Shown here: positions 23,820 through 34,541 of the stretch, piece after piece | How the letters are laid out: every line of letters begins with the position of its first letter | How positions within the stretch are numbered: the first letter of the stretch is position 1 | Assembly (NCBI GenBank): GCA_002269645.1 | Contig: NIVC01004517.1 | Coordinates: forward strand, 1 to 43,523 | DNA: 43,523 bases | Direction of reading: 5' to 3' | Source of the DNA: Macrostomum lignano | Lineage: Eukaryota | The notes under the pieces: model-generated | Databases searched by the model: none | Told to the model about the DNA's origin: nothing | What the model saw: only the letters and a program-made list of their open reading frames with translations | Made by a program: the position numbers and the translations under genes

Positions 23820-24443
23820 AGAATAGGATGAGATAGATGAGAATTTGATGAGAAAGATGAGAAGTAAGAGCTGGATGAGATGGATGAGAATTCAACGAGA
23901 TAGATGAGAAGTGAGAACTGGATGAGAAAGATGAGAAGTGAGAATTGGATGAGAACGATGAGAAGTGAGAGCTGGATGAGAAAGATGAGCAGTGAGAATT
24001 GAATGAGAAAGATGAGCAGTGAGAATTGAATGAGAAAGATGAGCAGTGAGAACTGGATGAGAAAGATGAGCAGTGAGAATTGAATGAAAAAGATGAGAAG
24101 TGAGAATTGAATGAGAAAGATGAGCAGTGAGAATTGAATGAGAAAGATGAGCAGTGAGAATTGAATGAGAAAGATGAGCAGTGAGAACTGGATGAGAAAG
24201 ATGAGAAGTGAGAATTGGATGATAAAGATGAGAAGTGAGAACTGGATGAGTTAGATGAGCAGTGAGAATTGAATGAGAAAGATGAGCAGTGAGAATTGAA
24301 TGAGAAAGATGAGCAGTGAGAATTGGATGAGAAAGATGAGAAGTGAGAATTGAATGAGAAAGATGAGCAGTGAGAACTGGATGAGAAAGATGAGAAGTGA
24401 GAATTGGATGATAAAGATGAGAAGTGAGAACTGGATGAGAAGT
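23820..24443. repeat. 27-bp minisatellite GAGAAAGATGAG(A/C)AGTGAGAA(T/C)TG(A/G)AT immediately 3' of MEMO1
   Basis: Tandem 27-bp units starting about 30 bp after the MEMO1 stop codon on the minus strand. Confidence 0.93.
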
Positions 24444-24472
24444 AGATAGAGTTCACAAACAGATAGAGTTCC

Positions 24473-26434
24473 TTATCGACTGAACAGCGCCCCAGCAGCG
24501 TAACTAACAGAAGAATCTTCTTCACTGAAACACTTGGACGACTGGGCGTAACGAAGGAAGCGCATTGTCCATCGGTTGCCGCCGCCGGCCGCTGCCAAGG
24601 TGGACAACAGCAGAGCTATGGGCTTTCTGCCGCAGATTGTATTGCCGAAATTGTCCAAATAGTCGGCGAACTGGCCCGCTTCCAGGGACTCGATGGCGCG
24701 CATGCCCAGCCGGTCCAGACGCTCGATGCCTTGCCAGATCGGCTCTCCGGCTCTGCAAGCAATAAAATGTTCGCAGATGACTACTGACAGTAAAAATATT
24801 TGCTTTAGTACCAATATTATAGATAAATTCAAACACATTAATTATGGATTCTAAAATCAGAGGATTGTGAAGATTTCGGATTGTGAAGATTGGGGATAGT
24901 GAATACCGGGGATTGTGAATATTTAGGGATTGTGAATATTGGGAATTGTGAAGAATGGGATTGTGAATACTAGGGATTGTGAATATTGGGGATTGCAAGG
25001 AATAGGAGTGTGAATAATTGGGATTGTGAAGATTAGGGATTTGTGAAGAATGGGATTGTGAATACTAGGGATTGTGAATATTGGGGATTGCAAAGAATAG
25101 GAGTGTGAATAATTGGGATTGTGAAGATTAGGGATTTGTGAAGAATGGGATTGTGAATACTGGGGATTGTGAATATTGGTGATTGTAAAGAATAGGAGTG
25201 TGAATAATTGGGGTTGTGAATAGTAGGGATTGTGAATATTTTTAGGGATTGTGAAGATTAGGGATTGTGAATACTGGGGATTGTGAAGATTAAGGATTAT
25301 AACTACTTGGGGATCTAAGAATAGTGAATGAATTCTGCAGTCTATGGCCCAACCTTTGCGGATCTGGATCGCGCCAAGTGTAGCGAAACCGGCGACCCCA
25401 GTGGCAGAAGTCGCTGGACACAACAAACAACGAGGCCGGGTCCAGCAAGTGAGGAGCCAGCAGGTCGGCGTAGAAAGCAGTCTGGGCAGGGCTGCACTGC
25501 CCCACCTAGAGAGCAAGTTTTAGGTTCGGTTCGGTTGCGCTTTAATACGCTTTATTAGTTAACAATGTGAGGTTTGAAGGAAGTCAGTCAGGTGTAAAAT
25601 CTACTTCAATAATCAATGCAATTTCATAACCTAAATGAGTTATAATCCTGTCACAGGTAGACAGAGATAAGCTGTGAGAAATAGACAGATATAAGCCGTG
25701 AGAAATAGACAGATATAAGCCGTGAGAAATAGACAGATATAAGCTGTGAGAAATAGACAGATATAAGCCGTGAGAAATAGACAGATATAAGCTGTGAGAC
25801 ATAGACAAGCAGATACAACCCGGTGAGAACATTAACAATCAAAGACGGTAGTAAAACAAACCAAAATTGGCACAACTCCAGCAAATCGTCCGCTAGCCCG
25901 CAGTTTAGCCGTTGCCATAGCAACATAGGGCAATTGCATCTCAACGCTATGCTCAGCTTCGTCGCAATTTCGCGATAATATTTCAAATTTGCCAGCAGAG
26001 TTCAGCGCCGATACGGTGGCCAAATCAACGGCCAAGTCGCCAAGTGGAGTGGCCAGACAGTCGGCAGAGCTGAGGGCGCAGCCGTTCAATCGATAGTGAT
26101 GACTAGGCGCCAGAATGAAAACTCGGACAGGGGCATTGCTACTCAAACTGTCAATAGCCTGAGCCAATAGTCGATAAGAGTAAGCCGCCACAGAGCCGCT
26201 ATACCTGTAGCCAGCGTGCGGCGATATGATTGCTTTCAGACTGCCGCAGTTTCTCATATCAACAACTGGATCCGAGGCTCCATCATTATTGTCCTCATTT
26301 GACCCCGATGATTTAGAAGCATTGGCCAGCCAATCGGTTAGTTGCTTCTCTAAAGCAGAGGCATTGTCAGTGTACCAGCTGCCGGCGTGGCTGGCTCTGC
26401 GCTTCCAACTGGAGGCAGCGGCGGTGGCTGACAT
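24473..26434 (-). CDS. MEMO1: Protein MEMO1 (mediator of ErbB2-driven cell motility), 334 aa; exons 26434-25862, 25505-25354, 24752-24473
   Basis: Hallmark motifs [61 protein letters not shown] and [20 protein letters not shown] junctions are in phase (ATTTTG|GT..TAG|GTG phase 0; CAAAG|GT..CAG|A phase 2), total 1005 nt. Confidence 0.96.
24861..25291. repeat. ~16-bp minisatellite (GGGATTGTGAATATTG variants) filling MEMO1 intron 2
   Basis: Repeated GGGATTGTGAA core throughout the intron. Confidence 0.9.
25655..25815. repeat. 24-bp tandem repeat (AGC(C/T)GTGAGAAATAGACAGATATA) in MEMO1 intron 1
   Basis: About six consecutive near-identical units. Confidence 0.9.
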
Positions 26435-26673
26435 TTCTCTAGTGAGGCTGCAGTTCAAGATAAAAAATACAAAAATGTATATCCTTGAGGTAGAGCCACG
26501 GATTGGAGACGGTTTAAGTCTGCAATCTGTCGAAGGTAAGGCTAAACAACAATTTTGGTATTAAATCACGATCGAGTTAGGTAAGATGACAAGATTGCTT
26601 GATTAACCACACCCCTTAAATGTGCAAGAGTTGCTTTACTGTTGCCAACAGTCCATTATTAATTCACAACAAG

Positions 26674-27351
26674 TGTGGATCAACTACGTAGCAAACTAAA
26701 GGACATTTCCAACAATGTCAGTCACCGATGTAGCTGCACTTCATCAATGAATCAATCTCCAAGTTTCCAATTTAAACCCTTGTTGACAATGATGGAATAT
26801 GCTGCGTTCAAGGAGGCCCTCACGGCTAAAAAAGAAGTCAACTTAGTAAGTGAAACAGTTGTTGCGCTCTGAATTTAACTTGCTTGCACCCTAGTAGCCT
26901 GGCGTAAGTAATGCATGTTTTTACTACATTACAGGTTGAGTCTCTAAAGATGGCTGGCAGGCTTAATTGCCATGACACCATCTGGCGCATGATTACCAGG
27001 CTGCTATCCCACACCCTGCAAATAAGGTATAATTTTTCTGGCACTAATAAGGACATTGCCTTCACTGAGGTCCTGGAACCGATTCTTAAGCATAAGTCCC
27101 ATTTTCTGTATTAAAACAACAACAGAACCAATATTACAGTCATAGTGAAATCAAAGCTTTACTATTGCTTTCTCCGTGTTTCAGGTGCCATAATTGTTAT
27201 GGATATTGGTGCTACTGACAGCAACATTGAGCACCAAGTCAAGCACTTTTTCCACAATAGCAAGGATAGGAAAGGTAGGCAGGATGCCAGGCAAAAGTGT
27301 GTGCATGACAGCGCGGATGCAAGGATGTTAAAAAGTGACCACAAAGTATAA
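26674..27351 (+). CDS. Spliced DUF4806/BEN-like domain protein fragment, possibly transposon-borne or pseudogenised
   Basis: FKPLLTMMEYAAFKEAL..VNL|VESLKMAGRLNCHDTIWRMITRLLSHTLQIRYNFSGTNKDIAF joins in phase 0 (GTAAGT at 26846, ACAG ending 26934). The third segment GAIIVM..TDSNIEHQVKHFFHNSKDRKGR resembles the IE..IK.W...A.DR.GGR end of such domains. I could not find a clean phase-1 donor for the last junction. Confidence 0.5.
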
Positions 27352-27881
27352 TGCCTTTGTAAAAGTACAAAGTAAATTATGATTATGAGCAAATATTATA
27401 CCTAATTTCTAGTTCATTTTGGTATTTTGGTGACAGTTGTTTGTTGCAACTATGTATTCTATTTTTTGTGTTTTTTAATGTTAATAAATGCTCAACCAAA
27501 TCTATACCACAACCCTATTAATCCAACCTTTGTTTTTAGCTATTATAGCTACTTTTTCTCTGTCTGTTTTTTGCTTATAAGCTAAAAAGTTAATCTTCTA
27601 TCATTATTAGCATTTGATAATACAGTAGTATGCTTATGGTAGATTTCTTGATGCAGTGGTATTTTAATTCAATAAATTTAAAGCTCTTTGTTGTCTTAAT
27701 TCACAATCATTTAATCTTGGACATAGGGCCTAATTATTGGCTGCATATTTTTATAAAGCTAAGATTGATAGAGAACTGAGTCTGGTAGATATACATATCT
27801 AATTCCAAGGGGAAATCAATTAAAATAGTTATGCTAGGCTTACCATAACTAACTTGGCTTGTATAAATTACAACTGCAATA

Positions 27882-28667
27882 GGCTCATTCCATATAAGCA
27901 TGGTCGTAACATGACAGGTTATTTTTACTTATAAAATGAAATCTAATAATAGAATATACTAAACCAATATTTTAAATGAAAGATTATTTTGTCTAGAATA
28001 TATTTATAGAGTTTCATATAGATATCATCATTAGTATAGATGCTATTAAACCTTAAATGACACTTATGGTCGTAACAACAGGATTTTTGACATATAGAAA
28101 CTAAAAAGTAAAAGTCTTATAACATTTTTCATTTTTGACATTTTGCAATACATTTTTAAAATTTGACTAAGAACATCTTTAGAAATCATACTCTTTTATT
28201 AGAATATATAAACTCAAAAGGCAACAAAGATACAAAAGAAAAGGCAGCCTTATGGTCGTAACATTATGGTCGTAACATTTTTTTTTCTGTCAATTCAGTA
28301 ACTTTGAGGTACTAATACATTAAAAATATAATAGATTATTTGGTCACCAATGCTTTTATCTGATGATGCAAGTACTATACTTTTATCTATAGTTTGTTTC
28401 AACCTTCAAAAGCTTTCTATTTGTTTTTAAAAGGTACAAAATCTTAATGATGTCTTTTGCTTCGAAAAATGTCCAAATTTTTACAAAAATGACTTTTTGC
28501 CAATTGATAACATACTAATCCAACATTTTACCATTCCTTTATTCTTAGATTGTATATATTGCACAATATAAACATTTGGTAAAAAAATAGGCTAATAAGG
28601 CAATGGCAAGCAAAAATATTGACTTTTTTCTATTTTCCAAAAATGTCCATCTTATATGGAATGAGCC
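27882..28667. mobile_element. Non-autonomous TIR DNA transposon (MITE-like), 786 bp, 4-bp TSD AATA
   Basis: Perfect 17-bp inverted termini GGCTCATTCCATATAAG (27882-27898) and CTTATATGGAATGAGCC (28651-28667), with AATA on both sides. Four internal ATGGTCGTAACA motifs; no ORF. Confidence 0.85.
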
Positions 28668-30196
28668 AATATAGTAACATGCCAAGAATGACATGGGATC
28701 TCTAAATTGATAGTTTCAATTTGTCTCATTTCCTATTCACTTTATCTATTTATATAATACCAAATTATATAATACAAGTGCAGAAAGTGAAAATGGCACC
28801 TACATATAGTCAATCTATAGGAAGCAATAAAAAGCTTTATAAAAGCTAAATAGAAAGTATAGTGCAAAGCTACTTGGCATTACCATGGTAAGCTGACCTT
28901 GGCCTGAGCTAAAACTGCTACTAACTTGCCAAGCTGGGCTTACTCTAGGCAGGCCTAGGCTGAGCTTAGGCCAACCTTGGCTTTGCCTTTGGTATATACC
29001 AAAATACATCTTAGACTTATTATATACACCAAAATTTTCTATGGCAAAGGTTAATTTCCTGATTGTGATAATGAGATTCCTAGATATTGTCCTCATTTAT
29101 TTATGGCAAAAAAATGAATAAGAGGAAAACAAGTAAAACAAATAAAAAATTTTTAACTTAAAAATGTTTTTTGTTACAACTGAATAAAACATTTTTAAAT
29201 ACTTTTGTAATTAATACAATGTTAAACATTAAGGAAACAACATATAAAACAAAAGAAAATAGCAATGATATATAAATTATTGGCCTAGTTATAAATTATG
29301 TTAAAAAAGAATAGGTACTTTAAATAAGTTTTTTTCACCATAAATATATTTGTAGAATCATAAATTTGTATAAAAATGGTAATCTTCTACTAATTCTAGT
29401 TTTGAAGTTGAATTTAAAGGCTTAATTATTTTACAATTTGAAAATATTTAAACTACAATTAGCATTATAATAACTATACAACTATAGGCCTATAGCTAAA
29501 CCTGAATAAATACTATAAATATAAATAAAGTTAGAATATATAGGGGTTTAAAACAAGTTAAAGTTATGTTTTAAAACAAATATATTGAGTGGCTAAGAGT
29601 TGATAATAGTGGCAATAAGCTTGTGTTATAACCTAAAAAAGAATACCAAATGGTAAATATATTACGCCTAGTGGTCTTCTAGCTATTTTTTCAAAAGCAA
29701 AAATTGAAGTTATATATTTCTAGCAGCTAATAGGCTGCTGTCTTTAGCCTATAAGGCTATAAGCTTTTTAGCTAGAAACTAAATACCCAAAGGGCAATTA
29801 TTATCATATTTGATAGACTTTTATCCATAGACATGTTTTTGTGCTTTTAATATGTCACTAGCATAACTTGGAATGAAATTAAAAAAGAAAAATAATTAAA
29901 CATGCAAAACTAGAAGATTGCCAAGAATTTCACAAGGCCCCCCTATATTATTAAAAATGGTTTGTCTATATCTATTGATTATATGATCAATTTAAAAAAC
30001 TCAATAGCTTATTAAAAAATTGACATTCACTATTTCCTACTTAAATAGTGAATTGAATATTCTGTTGAAAAAATACAAAAAGCTTTCTTTCCTAAATATT
30101 ATATGTCAATATATTTGCTTTTATATTTGATTAGGGCTTAGGTCTATAAATCTAAGTCTTGTTAGAACTATATCTATGGTACTTGAAATAGGCTAA

Positions 30197-31039
30197 GTCC
30201 ATGCAGGACTTCATTGGCTCATCCAGTGACAATCCAATCAGCCTCTAATGCTTTGCAATGCAGTAACATCAAGACTAGTGAATCAGGTGCACAGACATTT
30301 CGTCTGCCACCTTTTTGTCTGCCAGCAGACAAAATGACTTTTTAAGAAGAAAAGATAAGGTATAACTTATATAGCTAGAAAAACTAATTTTTCAAAATTA
30401 AATATTGCAAAGCATGCAAAAAGAGTTAAAGTAGGATATCAGTTTTTCTAAGCATAGGCCTAATTTTGTTTATCGCAATATTTCAAAGAAACATGATAGG
30501 CCTATCAATTTTAAAAATGCATTGAAAAAATGAACTTATGGATGGGTGAAGGATGGAAGCTGTAGTTATGAATATTGAAAGCAGAGACAGAGTTTTCTGT
30601 TGAATATGATCAGCCGGCTATTTTGAGAATTGCTATGACCCCATCCAATGATGATGCATTTTCATTATAAAAAAATATTCAGCCACCAAAATTCATATAA
30701 CAAATATTATGTGTATACTACAGGTTGGTTGGGTCCCTTGAGAAAATATTTTTAGATTGTACGCTCTGAATGTTTCTAGCGTAGCCATAATTAGTTTGCT
30801 ATTTTCAATAAAGTATTAATCGTTTTTAAGATATATAGATATTTATTTTCAATAGGCCTATTATATGTATTGATGTTGTACTTTGTCTTAATATTTTGTG
30901 GCAGACAAAACAACTGCATCATATTTTTGCAGATAAAAGAATAGCAGACAAACTGGCAGCAGACGAAACAACCATCATTGTCTTCCAGTGCTTGTCTGCC
31001 AATCTCAATATGCTAATGTCGCCATGGTACTGCATGGAC
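30197..31039. mobile_element. MITE-like element with TAA target duplication (PIF/Harbinger-like), 843 bp
   Basis: Inverted termini GTCCATGCAG / CTGCATGGAC flanked by TAA at 30194-30196 and 31040-31042. Clusters of GTCTGC (about 30300-30330) and GCAGAC (about 30900-30970) subterminal motifs face each other. Confidence 0.6.
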
Positions 31040-32179
31040 TAACAAGTGAAGTTGCTGCTAATGCTAATCAAAAGAATGTTGAAGTACCTATAAAACAAGT
31101 AAAACATCAATGTGGAATTGAGAATATGGTCATGGAGATCAATGTTGAGATTGAGTAGGTTCTACTTTTTTCAAATGAACTGCTAAATAAGCAGCAAACA
31201 AACTGTTCAGCTATGAATAGCTTAATAAACAATTTATATTGTGTTTGTTCCTTATTCCAGTTAGGCCTACTGTTTTTATTTTTTGCTTGGGAATTTGCTT
31301 GGGTTTCTTTGTGCCTGCAAATCAGTACCATTATATAGATAATGGGTTCGAAAACCCAGACCAATACTTAACTAGTCGGTTTGTACCAAAGAGTATTGAG
31401 GTCGCCTTTCATCCTTTCAGATTTTCATCCTTATTGGCACTATACTAGGCGACCTCAATACTCTTTGGTTTGTAAGTAAACGGGAATAGCCATAGACGCC
31501 CCATTCCCTAAAAAAGCAGATCAATATACGAGATTTTTGGCGCATACTTTTACATTAGTTTACATTATCATAATTACTTTTGAGTTTTGACAATATTACT
31601 GATGGCCCAGGCCCATCACTGTATTAGGCCCTAGCCCCTAGGCTAGGCGTAGGCAGTAGGCTATCATTACATGAAACAACCGTCTGTTTTTTATATAGGC
31701 CTAGTATCTAGATTACTAGAAGTGATAAGCAAAGTAAAAAAGCAGTCACAACTCACAAAATACATAGCAGCTAATCTATCTTCTTAGCTTACTTTCTTTA
31801 GTTTAAGGGTGCGTACTGACAAGACAACTGACATCAACGCTCTGTTTTCCAAGAAATGCTAGGCCCTAGCTATTTTAAATACGGCCCAAAAGGCTCGTTC
31901 ACTCCGCCATTAATTGAGCCATCAAACACACTACTGATGTACAGAGTACAAGTCAGCAATGCGTAAGCTTTTAAACCTCTAAACCCAAAAATTTTGTATA
32001 TATTGCAATCGCTTAATATCTTATATAATCCTTCGCTGATTGCATTGTTATGGAACGATTGGCGGGGATACTGTCGACAGCTGTAGCGATGCAATCCAGA
32101 ATTTCTTACCAAAAACCAACTGTGAAGTCAAGTCTCTTATTTTGGAGTAAACTCAACTGAGACAATTAAACCATTCACG

Positions 32180-32578
32180 CAGTAGCGCAACCAGAAATTT
32201 GTCGAGGGGGCGGATTTGGATGGTAAGGACCCAAGGAGTGCGGAGGCCAGGGGGTGCGGTCAGTTATTGTCCCCGTTAGTTTCACTAAGGTTATTTTTTA
32301 ATCCTCTCTGCTACTCAAAACTGTTCTGGAGGGTATGAACTAGTAGTTTGGTGAATGATTCCATTTTAACAGTTTCGGGCACGAAAAACATCGAATTCAC
32401 CTGATGCTCATCACTATCAGTTAAAATAAATCTTGATAAGATTTTACCTTTTCGATTTATAGAACAAAGTCTATATATAAAATCCCTAATTTTTCGGACT
32501 CACCGAGTCCTAGAAAGTGGGGAAATAATGCGAAATAATATAATAGTGAATAGACTGAAATCATAAACTGCGCTACTA
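32180..32578. mobile_element. Possible hAT-type MITE
   Basis: Termini CAGTAGCGCA / TGCGCTACTA (9 of 10 inverted match), followed by a G-rich subterminal tract. The flanking 8-mers CATTCACG / CATTATTG are only a degenerate TSD. Confidence 0.35.
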
Positions 32579-32806
32579 CATTATTGTATTATACACTGCA
32601 GAATACGTAAAATGTAGAATAATCGAAAGAAGATAACAAAAATATCACACATACTTGTACCAACAACGACTTGATATAATTGTTATTATCGTCAACTTAA
32701 GTAGTTGAGGTTGTCCTTAATAAAAAATGTTGGACGAACTTAATAAGTGCAGGAATTCTAAATACGGCTACTATACAGTGCTCATACCTACCTATACATG
32801 TACATA

Positions 32807-33643
32807 CAACAACAACAACAGAATACGCAATTAGCGTCACAGGGCGCGCTTCAAAGCCAGGTCGCGAATGAACGCCACGCCGCCGGCCGAATCCGGGGCG
32901 CCGGCATCAGCTAGCAGGCAATCGACGAAACGCCGAGTGCGCGCCTGCCCCCGCCGGTAGGGTGCCTGCAGCGTGAGCAGCAGCACCTCCTGCACCGGCT
33001 CTGGGCAGTACGACTCGGCGCAGATGATGTGGCCTGCCAGCTGGAGTCGCCGACGGCGCAACAGGTCGCTTTGACGGACCAGGCCGGCGCGGCGATACAA
33101 AGCCGCGTTGGTCACTCGCTCGTAGCCGATCTTGAAGGCGGCGCGCAGCAGGCCAGCGTGCGCCGCGTCAACTTGCTGCACGAGCGACTCCGACAGCGTC
33201 CATGTCTCGGCGTTGTACAGCAGGATGGTTTCGATCACCACCTGGAACAACGCCGCCGTCTGGCGGTCAGGTAAGGCAGGCCTCGGACTGCAGGACTGCC
33301 CTCACAGAACAAAAGGCAGTCCAGGCAAGATCGCGGCGAAGCCGCAGATCCTCGCGGACGCCGGGAACCAGACCGCCGAGGTAGACGAACTGCTGACAAC
33401 GCGGAAGCTCTGTCGCCTGATCCATCAGCGCCTCGGCACAAAATCGCAGCCTCGATGTCATCCGGCACACAGAGCAGGACGGTCTTCTGCGTGGTAACCA
33501 CCAGACCGACACTCGCCGCAACAGCAACTAGCTTGTCCAGTTGTCGCTGGGCGCCCTCGACAGTTAAAGACAGCAGGGCGAGGTCATCGGCGTAGCCAAG
33601 CACACTGAGCCGCCTCTCCGGTTGACGTCGTGATGGGGGAGAC
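32807..33643 (-). mobile_element. 5'-truncated RTE-clade non-LTR retrotransposon (RT C-terminal part), frameshifted
   Basis: LGYADDLALL RT motif, then FVYLGG, ILLYNAETWTL and RRRRLQLAGHI motifs typical of RTE ORFs, spread across three frames. A short (TGT)n 3' tail lies at 32807-32820. Confidence 0.88.
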
Positions 33644-34175
33644 TTTTAAAAGTCAAACTTCACAGTGAATATCTCTCTTCTTTCACCTCGGTTCCATACC
33701 AACACAAACACACCAACACACAAACCTAAATTAACCATAATATCTTCCAAGTGAAACTTGGCACCACTTGAGCTACCATTGCCCTTCATATACTGGCGCA
33801 CAAGAGAGCCCTTCAAGTAAAGGAGGAGCCGGACCTAAAGCTCTGCTTTTCTTACCTGTGCAGTCCGTGTGAAACTGAGGCTGGCTGTGTACTCAGCATA
33901 GCTGCCGCTGATGGCCTAACCGAAGGTAAGGGCAAGCTTTAATTGAGAACTGCTGCACTCCAACTGTTTTAAAGCAGTCCTTTCGCCTTCCCAATCTAAT
34001 CACTATTTTATTTAACAAGACTTCTCAAGCCTATATTATACAAAAGGACAGTGCCGGGCTTATATAGCTAAGGCAATCAGGTGGATATATCAATCTTGGT
34101 GTGTGGGGTTCCAGAATCTCAATATCGTTAAAAGAATTTGACATCCAACTTGCAACCGTTGGACATAAAGCCAAG

Positions 34176-34541
<366 letters not shown>

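Noticed and set aside
23731-24525. 264-aa Ser/Phe/His-rich ORF overlapping the MEMO1 stop, as a frameshift extension
   Set aside because: It derives from the 27-bp satellite (9 codons per unit keeps the frame open); MEMO1 ends normally at its conserved C-terminus.
28815-32112. Short ORFs in the AT-rich island
   Set aside because: Low-complexity AT-rich translations inside or between MITEs, with no domain signal.
33900-33945. Hammerhead-ribozyme-like CTGATG plus hairpin
   Set aside because: The core reads CTGATGG and no GAAA follows the stem. Other CTGATGA sites (about 1705 minus, 15710, 28362) also lack the downstream core.
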